From: Octopus bimaculoides
Taxonomy: Eukaryota
NCBI RefSeq assembly: GCF_001194135.2
Contig: NC_068994.1
Span: 20,808,215-20,872,214, forward strand
Length of the DNA stretch: 64,000 bases
Reading direction: 5' to 3'
Both the position numbers and the translations under genes were made by a program. Below, piece by piece: positions 51,352-62,889 of the stretch. The stretch's first letter is position 1; each line of letters starts with the position of its first letter. The notes beneath the pieces were generated by a model. It was not told the origin of the DNA, ran no database searches, and worked only from the letters and a program-made list of their open reading frames with translations.

Positions 51352-51789
51352 TTTTATTTTAGGGTCTGTTTTTGTTGTCCGTTTTTGTCATTAAATGGAC
51401 TTAGCTTATATGCGTATGCCCTGATACACCATCTTCACCACCATCTCTCTCTTTAGCAAAGCATGCCACTTGTACCTGTCTCTCTATTGTACTTTAACCT
51501 CCCATCACCTGACATAAAGCCACCTGCCTCAGTACTACACCCATTGAGTTGGTCTTACTTTAGAAGTTACTTTGTGACCACAATGGTACCTGTGCCATAT
51601 GAAAATCACCCAGTTCACTCTGTAAAGTGGTTAGCATTGGGAAGGACATTCAGCTGTTGTTACCATATCAGTGCAGACATTGGAGCTTGGTGCAATCTTC
51701 TGGATTGCGAGCTCCTATTGAACCATCCAATCCATATTCCATATTGGAAAACGAATGTTTAATGATGAGATTAGTGATGATAATGATTT

Positions 51790-51990
51790 CAAATTTTGAC
51801 ACAAGGCCAGCAAGTTCGAGGAGAGGATAAGTCGATTACATTGACCCCATTCCTCAGCTTGTACTTATTTTATTGAACCCAAAAGGATGAAAGGCAAACT
51901 CGAGCTTGGTGGAATTTGAACTCAGAACATAAAGATGGATGAAATGCTGCTAAGCGTTTTACCCGGCATGTTAATGATTCTGCCACCTTG
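51790..51990 (-). mobile_element. SINE family B
   Basis: gacacaaggccagca...gtcgattacattgacccc...aaaggatgaaaggcaaactcgag...gaatttgaactcagaac. Confidence 0.75.
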
Positions 51991-52165
51991 AGGATAATGA
52001 TAATGACTTAGCTTTGTCACTGTTTTGAGATCAAATATCACCTAGCATCTTTGCAATTTGCCCATAGGTCAAAACTAAGAAGCAGGATAGTTATAAGTCG
52101 TATTTAATAGACTTTGTCATTTGTAAAGGGAAAGAAATTATTGTAATGTGTTTTTCATATGTCCA

Positions 52166-52390
52166 TCTCTTTTACTTGTTTCAATCATTTTGACTGTGGC
52201 AATGCTGGAGCACCACCTTTTAGTCGAAGAAATCAATCCCTGGACTTATTCAGTTTCCGTCTACCAAATCTAGTCACAAGACTTCGGCCAGCCTGAGGCT
52301 ATAGAAGAAGACACTTGCCCAAGGTGCCATGCAGCAGGACTAAACCTCGAACCATGTGGTGGGAAGCAAGCTTCTTACCACGCCTGCGCC
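52166..52390 (-). mobile_element. SINE family A with internal deletion
   Basis: tcttttacttgtttcaatcatt...gctggagcacc and gaagacacttgcccaaggtgccatgcagcaggact...gcaagcttcttaccac. Confidence 0.8.
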
Positions 52391-53571
52391 TATCTGTATA
52401 CATTATATATTTCCTTTGATAAAGAGTTCCTTACAATCTTATATCCCATCATTTGTTACATGCAAGCTCCTGTAACAAACTCCTCACGCTATCTCTAATA
52501 TCATTGTTGGATAATTAATGTATTCACAGTAGAGTTTCATAGAATCTCACAAGGACTACCAATTTACAGGCAATTATTAAATTAAGTTTGACAGAACTAA
52601 GAGATGAATTGATAATCATTGGTATACTACCTGGTAATAATCAAGACTTTGAATCTGACACCAGACACTAAAATGTACTAAGTATTTAGTTTTAGTCCTC
52701 TCAGTTCTAAGTTAAATTCCTGTTGTTGACTTTCTCTTTCATCATTACAGGATAAAAAAATGTACCAGTAAAATACTGGGATCTTAGCTAATTATATCCT
52801 CATCAACAAAATTTGGCACTTTACCTAGTTATAAGAAAATTATCTTCTTCATTATCATATCCATCTTCTTGAAGCAGTTATTTGGTTATTGATTAGTTTG
52901 TTTTTTAATTAGTGAATCTGCTTTCTGTATGATTTTGGTATATCTGGCATTATTGTCTTTTAGGTTTGTTTTTTTTTCCTCTCTTATAAACAGAACACAC
53001 ACACCCATCTTATTGCCCAGGACTTGCTTTTGTTGCCAACTCCTGTTGAGCAGATTTTTTTTTTTTTTGAAATGTTATTGCTAATTTCCCCACTATATTT
53101 CAAGATGAACAGCTGAAATTTGGTTGTATCCAGTAATTCTGGTGTTCTTAAACTTGGATGAGAATACAAGAATGTGAGTGTGTGTGTGTGTATACAGGCT
53201 GTATATCCATTGAGGACTCTACAAGGTTACTCCTTGGAAACATAAAACCATTAAGGAATCAAAAATAAAGTTAACATACACTATAGACAAAAAATCATTG
53301 CCACATGATCAGGCCAACTTGAATAGACTGTACTTTATCAATGAAGTCTTACAGACTAAAACATGTCCAAAGCTGTCACTTGCCTGCAAACAAAGATTTG
53401 ATATTCCCCTAAGCATGTAATTTAGCTGATTAGTTAGAGATTAATTCTTAATTTCTTGAATTGTCTTAATGCTATTAACCATTTCATTTCTGTTCAGAGA
53501 TTAAAGTAGCATATCTCCATTAGAGGATGTTTTCAAGTGATGCAGTATCTTTTGAATTCACTTGTTACATA

Positions 53572-54055
53572 GGTGCAGGCATGGCTGCATGGTAAGAAGT
53601 TTACCTGTCAGTCACATGATTTCAGGTTTAAGTCCCACTGTGTGGCACCTTAGGCAAGTGTCTTCTATTGTAACTTGAGCTAATCAACACCTTGTGAGTG
53701 GATTTAGTAGATAGAAACTGAAAGAAGCCCATTGTGTGTGTATGTATATGTGTGTGTCTCCCCTTGTCTTGATATTGCATATGTATGGAAATGTATACAT
53801 ATATGTATGGGTGTGAGTATACTTATGTCTGTCTCCTTGTCTTGACATCCCATGATAGTGCCACAGTCATACAAGCAGTGTTGCTTATTTCCAATATTCT
53901 AAGAAAACATGTCTAGCCACGGGAAAATGTTACCTTGCTTGGGACACAGGTGAGGGTTGGTGTAAGGAAGGGCATCTGGCAATAGAAAATTTACCTCAAT
54001 AAACTCTGTCTGACCCATGCAATGGAAAAAAGGACATTAAAATGATGGTGATGTT
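53572..54055 (+). mobile_element. SINE with family A head/core and an RTE-like 3' tail
   Basis: ggtgcaggcatggctgcatggtaagaag...ggcaccttaggcaagtgtcttcta; 3' end ggaagggcatctggcaatagaaaa...acccatgcaatggaaaaaaggacattaaaatgatg. Confidence 0.75.
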
Positions 54056-56114
54056 GTTGTTACTAGTGTGAGAAAAGTCATTGAAGAATAAAGAATAGTG
54101 TCATTTGCACAGTAGTAAATATGGTTAGGAGTGCTTCCAAAAACAAACGAAGAATGTGGGTAACATAACTAAGCTTTGAGGCACATTCAGCAATTGATAA
54201 AATGTAGGCTAAAGAGAGCACTGCCAACACATGTTGCTTTGCAATAGAATGATCTAACAGCAAACTGTCGATTCAAGAAATGAGAGACAGATGGAACTCA
54301 CAGGGGGGTTTACTGTGCCAGAAAGTTCTACTAGACACAGTTTTGCCGATATATCATGGACAACATTGCTTTCACTGGAGTTGTTAAGTGCAAATGCCAC
54401 TGACAGGGGATGTATACTTTACTCAGTATTAATCAAGAGTTTGAAAAATAAGAGTAAAGGTAGAATGCTCTCATAAATCACTAATTAGAAAATTTAAGAA
54501 CTTTGTAATAAGTAAATGAAAGAAAAAGAAATTAGATAAGTGAATTTTATTTCCTTATAATTCCTCAATTTCAAATTTAAATTATACAGTATCAATGCTA
54601 TTAATTAGTAATAAAACTAAAGTGAGTACAACAGTGTGTGTTTTAAATGGTTTAAACAACTCTATCACAATTTTGGTTTCAGAACATGATCCTCAAATAA
54701 AATCAGCTAGTGTCAGAATTTTAAGAAAAATATTGGCACAGATAAAGAAAACAGTTGTTTCTGTTGTTTAGTCCTGGTCAAGCAAACCTATGATTAACAT
54801 CATTGAAACTGTGACTATCACGTCTTTATTCAGATATAATGTATCTAACACTACACTGTATCCCCTTTTAAAGATGGTAGGATGGGAGAGCAATTTGGCT
54901 GTTATTTCTAGCATGGTGCTCCCTCACCTTTCTCCATTAAAGAAAACAAGTTTGATCAATTGTAGTAATGCTGTAATTTTAATGTATAATATTGCATTGT
55001 TGTAGCTTCATCAGCAACAACATACTCAACTGTGTATGTGGGTTGTGTTTACTTCTTCCTGCTGCTTATTAGTTTTGGCTATGCTTTGACATTGGTTATA
55101 TAAAAATATTTGCTGTTTTATTGGTTCCAGCAAATTTCAACACCAACAGCTGTTACTGAAATAAACTATGTGCATTAATGTGGATGTATTTCTGCAGTTG
55201 TGTATATATTTCATGTTTACATATGTACATGTATGGGTTTGCATACATGCACATTTAGGGGTATATGTTATTTGTTTGAAAACTGAGGATTTTTTTTTTC
55301 TATTTGTTGTTTCAATAATTTTTCAGAAGCTCTATTTTCAATGTTTTGGTATTAGCATTTGTTTGAGATTCCAAGCAATGTCATTCTTGTATTTTTTCAT
55401 TATCTCTAAAAGTTTGGTGGCACATCTATCTTCAGATAGGCATACAATGTATTTTAAAGAGAAATGCGAGATTTGATGTTCTCATTTTCCTTAGAAATGG
55501 AATAAGGACTGAATGACCTTGGTTTTGTTAAACAAGACCCTACATTACTCTTCAGCTTTTATAGAAGTTATTAATGCAGTACCAAGAAAATGTAGATTAT
55601 GATAGTTTTAATGTTTTTACTTGTACCATGTTTCAATCAATATACTCTCTTTGATCATCTCTTTGTACAGTATAATTTCCTGATAGAGTACAACAGTGGA
55701 TAAAAACAGAAATTGTGTGAGATGCTATAACTATTTCTGAATTGAATTCTATTTTAAGGAAATGTTACATACAAAAATATAGTATCAGAAGATAACCAGA
55801 GAATACAACTAGGATCCAAAGAGTTGTAAGATCAAATAATAGCAGTTATTGTTTATTCATGTCTTTGTTGTAGGTGTTATATTTGTGTATTTCTTCATTG
55901 AGTCACTTCACTCTGTTCTGGTGATATATTAATTTCATCATTCTATAAAAAAATACAAAAAGCCTACTTTCTTGTTGATGTGTAGCTACATCATTAAACT
56001 TTGCGCATCAGACTCTACCATTGGCTTTTAGCACTCTGGCTTCTATTACATCAAGGGTCCTCTAGGGTCACCAATCTGTCATTCAGATCTGAGGAAATCA
56101 CTCCCAACACAGAC

Positions 56115-56261
56115 TAGTATTTTCAAAACATAGCAACCATTCCAGTTGATTTTTTTTGCATGCCTTCTTCTAAACAGTTGTCCTACCTCCCCTGTACAGG
56201 TAACAGTTCTATCCTTTTGCCATAACCTTAAAGCCAGGAACTTTTCAGCCCCCCCCCTGTA
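56115..56261. mobile_element. Mariner-type MITE end (single TIR)
   Basis: The reverse complement of 56230-56261 reads TA-CAGGGGGGGGCTGAAAAGTTCCTGGCTTT, a mariner-like TIR. The partner TIR was not found. Confidence 0.5.
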
Positions 56262-56494
56262 TGTATTATGTATGGAGTATATGATATACAGCATGAGCTG
56301 TTTGCATGAATTAATTAAATCTTTTAAGATCTTTTATTTGTCTGATGTAATGGAGCCAAAATGTTGACAGCCCTGATAAGTCATCTCTCTCTCTCATTCC
56401 TTGATCATTTCTTAGAGATATCTTACCTATGAGTGAGAAACCCTATAGTAATGAAAGTTATGTTGATGATGCCTTTCATGTCTAGAACATAATC

Positions 56495-56850
56495 ATCATT
56501 ATCATCATTAGTTTTTTCAAGTGAGCATGTGTTTGTTGGATCTTCTCTAGCACAATGCCTCACCACAAGTTGTAGGCCATCATCATGTTTGTGAGGTTCA
56601 TCCAGCTTCCAGGAGATTAAATACGCTCCTTCTCCAAGCTACTTCCACAGCCTCCCTTCACTTGAAATGCTTTGGCACCTCTTCATCTAACTGTCATCAT
56701 TCATATACTTCACATGTCCATATCAACACAGTTTACTCTTTCATGCTATAGCTGATTCTCCCAATATGCATATTTTCTCTCAGTTCATCTGTACACTGAC
56801 TTTATATACCCCATGGAGCTGGATGTGTAAAGCTAATGTACATAACAGGG
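56495..56850 (-). mobile_element. Decayed RTE 3' coding end
   Basis: The reverse complement parallels 50550-50850 (LRE..I..I...LxWYGHV..M...C...V.G..G) and ends in (GAT)n. Confidence 0.5.
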
Positions 56851-57136
56851 CATTACATGTTCATTAAAGTTATCAGCTATGATAATAAGGTCAATGTTGT
56901 CTGATATTGACCTAGTCTGCTAGAGGATCTCTTAGAAACCAAGTCCTTGTGTTCATCTGTCAACCCTGACTATTTCACTGGCACAGATTGCGATTGCTGC
57001 CATGTTCCCCATGACTAGACCGAACTTAATTACTAGAGCAAAGTAGGTATGAATGAGAACTGAATTTGTGAGTTGAAAGTTTACTAAATATACTGTAGCA
57101 CTTACACAACACAACACAACACAACATGCACGCACG

Positions 57137-57173
<37 letters not shown>

Positions 57174-57738
57174 TCTTGCACATCAGCCATCACTATTCCA
57201 CCAAGGAAAAATGTTTCCACCCTCAGGGCTGACAACTGTATATATTGTTCCCTTGTCTAGCAGTATTTGAGATTGTTTAAGGGAAATGCTACTTCTCATA
57301 AAAAAAAGTAGATGCAGGTATTGATAACAGCAAGGAGAATAATGTATGTTATAATTGAATCTGTTAAGTTGTTGTTGCTGCTGTTTAGCTTCAAATTGAC
57401 TCTCATCTACAAAATCATGGCCAAAGATGTTCTACATGCAAATATCTCATCTTTTTCAGACAGTATAGCTAGAACCAGGACCATTTAATCCATTGCATTC
57501 TTTTAAAGTGAAGGTGTAGTTTGATGGAGATTTAGCTGTTCTTTGTAGCAGGTCAAGCAATCATGTGGAAGCTTTCACACCAGCTTATAGCTTGTAGGAA
57601 ATCAAATTTAGTCTCCTGTGTAGCAGATGGTGATATTTACCACTAATTTATTGATATTTTCCATGCTGTTATTATTGTTACCTTACTTTTGCAATTATCA
57701 GTCTCCTAACTATATTAACTTCCTTTATGTATTTCCAG

Positions 57739-57847
57739 TTCAAGGATTCTGACCAGGCCCCACAGTTGGTATATATGAAACTAGAACCTCATTCAACACC
57801 ATCTCCTTCTGTTGGAGCTGTAGCAGCTGGGATGCTTGATTCAGCAG
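57739..57847 (+). CDS. Internal coding exon D (FKDSDQAPQLVYMKLEPHSTPSPSVGAVAAGMLDSA)
   Basis: Acceptor atttccAG, donor CAG|GTAAGA, 109 nt. Only the phase-0 frame is stop-free, matching exon C; ends phase 1. Confidence 0.75.
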
Positions 57848-57893
57848 GTAAGACACTTATCTTCTTCATGTAATATATATATATATATATATA

Positions 57894-58409
57894 NNNNNNN
57901 NNNNNNNNNNNNNNNNNNNNNNNNNNNNNNNNNNNNNNNNNNNNNNNNNNNNNNNNNNNNNNNNNNNNNNNNNNNNNNNNNNNNNNNNNNNNNNNNNNNN
58001 NNNNNNNNNNNNNNNNNNNNNNNNNNNNNNNNNNNNNNNNNNNNNNNNNNNNNNNNNNNNNNNNNNNNNNNNNNNNNNNNNNNNNNNNNNNNNNNNNNNN
58101 NNNNNNNNNNNNNNNNNNNNNNNNNNNNNNNNNNNNNNNNNNNNNNNNNNNNNNNNNNNNNNNNNNNNNNNNNNNNNNNNNNNNNNNNNNNNNNNNNNNN
58201 NNNNNNNNNNNNNNNNNNNNNNNNNNNNNNNNNNNNNNNNNNNNNNNNNNNNNNNNNNNNNNNNNNNNNNNNNNNNNNNNNNNNNNNNNNNNNNNNNNNN
58301 NNNNNNNNNNNNNNNNNNNNNNNNNNNNNNNNNNNNNNNNNNNNNNNNNNNNNNNNNNNNNNNNNNNNNNNNNNNNNNNNNNNNNNNNNNNNNNNNNNNN
58401 NNNNNNNNN
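57894..58409. other. Assembly gap
   Basis: N run. Confidence 1.
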
Positions 58410-58699
58410 GTAGGATTTTCGAGCGAGATCGTTGCCAGTGCCCCTGGACTGGCTTGTGCGGGTGGCACATAAAAGACACCATTTCGAGCGTGGCCGTTTT
58501 CGTGCGGGGGACACATAAAAGCACCCACTACACTCTCGGAGTGGTTGGCATTAGGAAGGGCATCCAGCTGTAGAAACTCTGCCAAATTAGATTGGAGCCT
58601 GGTGTTGCCATCCGGTTTCACCAGTCCTCAGTCAAATCGTCCAACCCATGCTAGCATGGAAGGCGGACGTTAAACGATGATGATGATGATGATGATGAT
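58410..58699 (+). mobile_element. RTE 3' UTR and tail, well preserved
   Basis: Matches 51050-51340 and continues cagtcaaatcgtccaacccatgctagcatggaaggcggacgttaaac(GAT)n. The 5' part lies in the gap. Confidence 0.85.
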
Positions 58700-58708
58700 A
58701 TATATATA

Positions 58709-59123
58709 TAAGGTCTGACCTATAAGTATCCAGACTGGTGCTATAAAAACAAGACTATATGTACCAACTTGGTATGTAATCTCTTTCAAAATAGCCCCCT
58801 TCGGAAGCCACACACTTAAACCTGTGCTGTTTCCCTTGAAGGAAGCATTCCTGAAACTCGTTTTATGGGATAATCAGCATATGCCTCGTCGCATACACTT
58901 TGATTTCCTCGATATCCTGAAATCTTCCTTTCAAGTGGGATTTGATTTTTGAAAAGAGGAATTGCAAGGGGCAAGATCTGGGGAATACGGAGCTAGAATG
59001 TTAAAAAACTCAGTACGCATGCACAGCAGAGTTCAAGGTCAATCTATGCCAAGCGGCTTCACTCTGCGTGCTTTAGCTTCATTTCTATGGCAACAATCCG
59101 GTACTTATTGATCAGACCATGTA
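58709..59123 (-). mobile_element. Internally deleted mariner (Tc1/mariner) element keeping both TIRs and the transposase C-terminus
   Basis: Ends TA-AGGTCTGACCTATAAGTATCCAGACT and (rc) TACATGGTCTGATCAATAAGTACCGGATT, in TA runs. The - strand 58990-58780 translates PYSPDLAPCN...KSHLKGR-FQDIEEIK...QECF...CVASEGGYFERD. Confidence 0.9.
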
Positions 59124-59514
59124 TATATATATATATATTTATATGCTTTTTATTAAAGCCAAAAACATCTTCACAAATTGTTACTCAAAGTTTCATGTTA
59201 CTGTTCATCAGACTGCTGTGACTGTACTATCCAGCAAACAGTAACTTGAAACTCTGGGCAGCAATTTGTGAAGATTTTTCCAACTTTGATAAAAAGTATA
59301 TTACTGTACCTTCAGTATTTGAGTATGATTTTTTTCCCACCTTGTTTTGCATTTATTTGCTTACTTGTGTTTGTCTATATATATATATATATATAGTTAC
59401 AAGTAATGCTATCTGTTGGAGTCTCAGCTTTTTAGCTGCTATTTCCGAACTTCGGTATGTGGTGAAGCAACTGTTTGCTGATCCCTTAATTATGTTTATA
59501 TATATATATATATA

Positions 59515-59605
59515 CTAGCAGAAATACCCGGCGTTTCCCGGGTTAAAGAGAATAATGAAATCTAAAAACGCCGTCTAGACTACGCATCATCTTTATATAT
59601 AGAGA
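59515..59605 (-). mobile_element. Minimal (91-bp) Helitron-type element
   Basis: The - strand starts A|TCTCTATATATAAAGATG and ends with hairpin CCCGG-gaaacg-CCGGG, 8 nt, CTAG|T. These are canonical Helitron termini at an AT target. Confidence 0.7.
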
Positions 59606-59713
59606 TGTATATACACACACGCACCCAAACACACGTATATATATGTATATCAATATAAATATATGAAAGTCAATGAAGTTTCGTAAAAGAAGGTGATCAT
59701 GTACATACTTTCT

Positions 59714-60661
59714 NNNNNNNNNNNNNNNNNNNNNNNNNNNNNNNNNNNNNNNNNNNNNNNNNNNNNNNNNNNNNNNNNNNNNNNNNNNNNNNNNNNNNNN
59801 NNNNNNNNNNNNNNNNNNNNNNNNNNNNNNNNNNNNNNNNNNNNNNNNNNNNNNNNNNNNNNNNNNNNNNNNNNNNNNNNNNNNNNNNNNNNNNNNNNNN
59901 NNNNNNNNNNNNNNNNNNNNNNNNNNNNNNNNNNNNNNNNNNNNNNNNNNNNNNNNNNNNNNNNNNNNNNNNNNNNNNNNNNNNNNNNNNNNNNNNNNNN
60001 NNNNNNNNNNNNNNNNNNNNNNNNNNNNNNNNNNNNNNNNNNNNNNNNNNNNNNNNNNNNNNNNNNNNNNNNNNNNNNNNNNNNNNNNNNNNNNNNNNNN
60101 NNNNNNNNNNNNNNNNNNNNNNNNNNNNNNNNNNNNNNNNNNNNNNNNNNNNNNNNNNNNNNNNNNNNNNNNNNNNNNNNNNNNNNNNNNNNNNNNNNNN
60201 NNNNNNNNNNNNNNNNNNNNNNNNNNNNNNNNNNNNNNNNNNNNNNNNNNNNNNNNNNNNNNNNNNNNNNNNNNNNNNNNNNNNNNNNNNNNNNNNNNNN
60301 NNNNNNNNNNNNNNNNNNNNNNNNNNNNNNNNNNNNNNNNNNNNNNNNNNNNNNNNNNNNNNNNNNNNNNNNNNNNNNNNNNNNNNNNNNNNNNNNNNNN
60401 NNNNNNNNNNNNNNNNNNNNNNNNNNNNNNNNNNNNNNNNNNNNNNNNNNNNNNNNNNNNNNNNNNNNNNNNNNNNNNNNNNNNNNNNNNNNNNNNNNNN
60501 NNNNNNNNNNNNNNNNNNNNNNNNNNNNNNNNNNNNNNNNNNNNNNNNNNNNNNNNNNNNNNNNNNNNNNNNNNNNNNNNNNNNNNNNNNNNNNNNNNNN
60601 NNNNNNNNNNNNNNNNNNNNNNNNNNNNNNNNNNNNNNNNNNNNNNNNNNNNNNNNNNNNN
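59714..60661. other. Assembly gap
   Basis: N run. Confidence 1.
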
Positions 60662-60699
60662 TCTCTCTCTGTGAAAGTATCTGTCACTACAGTATCGAA

Positions 60700-61004
60700 A
60701 TGTGATTGTTTCAGTTAGTGGAATAGTTTCATTTTTAAAGTGAAAGTATTTGACATGAGTGTTTTTGTTTCACTTTTGACATGTGATACTTAAATAGTGG
60801 AGGAGATATTATGTTGCCGTGTGCTCGAACTCTGCAAGAAGTTAAACATTTTTTTTGACTAAAACACAACTGAAACCCTAAGTAAGGCATGTGTAAAATT
60901 TGAATGAAATTGGTTGCGTAGTTCTCGAGTTTTAGGGATTCACACAGACAGACAGACAGACACACACACACACACACACACATTCTCATTTTTATATATA
61001 TAGA
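60700..61004 (-). mobile_element. 5' part of a longer non-autonomous Helitron-like element with a (TG)n/(TCTG)n microsatellite
   Basis: The - strand begins A|TCTATATATATAAAAATGAGAATG(TG)n(TCTG)n...ccaatttcattcaaattttacac; it continues into the gap. Confidence 0.6.
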
Positions 61005-62482
61005 TAACTAGCTCAAAATATTAGATAATTCATTAGTAATCTTATTTAAATTAGCATGTGTAGCTTCTCTCATTTTATTTCAAAGTTTCTCTTCTACATA
61101 GTGATATCACTAATGATAGCACATTTTGAACAATTTTAAAATCTGCAGGGATACCAATTGAGTTGGACTATAATTTTTGCTTTACATTTAGATTAACTCA
61201 AAGCAATATCTGTTCATTTTAGATCCCAATGCACTGAATGGTATAGGATTTGAACCAATATGAAAGTTTGTGATTAAAACTGATATCTTTTTCACTTTAA
61301 CTACTTAGCCACTGCTTTATTTTTAGTCCAAAGAAGGATCCTCTATGTAGTCACTTCATCTGCTAAATATAGCAGCTAGATCTCCCTTAAAAATCACATC
61401 CTACCATCTTAAAGAAGGGACTATATTGAACAATGTAGTCCCTGATATACAAAAAAGATGATTGTTACAACTGAAGTAACATTCACCATTGATCTGCTTG
61501 ATCAAGTCTGGCCTGGACTTGATCGAACACTGGACTAAACTGCAGCTACTTCTCTTTTTTCAATATTTCTTATATATTAGTTTTTAAAAATTCGTTATTA
61601 AAATTAATTTAATTTTTATTTTTGAAATATTCCATCCAGTTTTTTCATTTTCATATTTATTTTATTGTTATTCCAAATAGAAATGTTTAAACACTTTGAA
61701 ATATGGTATCCATCCTTTCTAGCTAAATTATTTTAACCTCTTCAACAGTGCATCTGCCAAAAATTTGTATGTTTTTTCAGACAAAATATTTTCATCAAAT
61801 TTTTAGTTACATTCCAAAGAAGAAGTTTCTCTAAGATTCTTCAAATAAATTGAAAGAAGCAGGAAGAAATAGAAAGCAGTAGTAAAAGATAAAAATCATT
61901 AAAAAATTTCCGATTTATAAATTTTTGAATTGATGGAATAACATACAATTTTAGCAGTGGAATGGAAGAACCATTTTAGTTATCTAAATATACAAAAAAC
62001 TCTTACAGTCACTTTCCATTTATTTCTTTAGGTATCAAAATTTTTGAAGCTCCACACCCATCTGGTCACCTACATAGTTGAGTGGAACTATGTTGGTGAC
62101 AAGATCACAGGGATGTGACAAAAATTTTGGACCCTTAAGAAATAAATGAAAAGTGAATATAACAATGTTTGTGTTATCAAACGGCTAAAATGTCTCTTCC
62201 ACAATATATTCACTTCAGTTTCATTTAATGGTCTCTCAGATCAAGTCACTTGATGGATAAGTACAAACTCTAAAATATACAGATTTAGTAATCTTTAAGC
62301 TTTTAGTGTATTTGTACTGAAATATACCAAGACTTCAATGCTATCTGTAAGACCAGTCTGTTGGAAGAAGCTAAGCAGGGAGGTAGAGGTTTATTCAAGT
62401 GCTCTTCTTCCTGATTCTCTTAATATATATCTAACATCACTTCTTTGGGATATCAAACATCACTTCTTTTGTCTGTTTTGTA

Positions 62483-62784
62483 ATGTAGTTACTCGTCGCC
62501 AATTATTGTAGTATCGCTACTATTTATGACAATACTTGTTTACACTATAACCATGTAGTAACAATAAAACATATAACATAAAGCAGAGTAACAACAGCAT
62601 AATAATCCAATAAACTCTCCATGAACTATACACAAACCAAGAAATGATATTCCAACAAACTACCAAAACGGCACCTTACAATTACCTGCGATTACCACCT
62701 ACCTCTTTCTTACTCAGACTGCTACTATTTATAGTCGTTCGGTCAAGTCTATTCTCATGGGGTGTTGTAACTCTCAACACAACA
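62483..62784 (-). mobile_element. Probable 3' LTR of the Gypsy element (left edge uncertain)
   Basis: On the - strand the purine tract AAAAGGGGAGATGAGA (62800-62785) is followed directly by TGTTGTGTTG. The far end is guessed at a TGT/ACA near 62480. Confidence 0.45.
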
Positions 62785-62889
62785 TCTCATCTCCCCTTTT
62801 GAGATTTTAACTTCTGTAGGAAACAAAATTTTTTTATTTTTTTTATTTCTTTCCAACACCTCTCCCTTTTTGAAATTTTGCTTCCCTAG

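Noticed and set aside
9009-60718. Long ORFs made mostly of X (9009-9831, 49950-50688, 57789-58621, 59650-60718)
   Set aside because: They are open only because N runs contain no stop codons.
1203-61000. Many 60-130 aa ORFs rich in CV, YI, TH, SL or ER dipeptides
   Set aside because: They are translations of (GT)n, (TA)n, (CA)n and (CT)n microsatellites or of SINE bodies, with no splice or domain support.
62032-62081. Candidate last exon after exon D (G-IKIFEAPHPSGHLHS*)
   Set aside because: The acceptor is good, but it gives only 16 codons and there is no homology or poly(A) support. Left unresolved.
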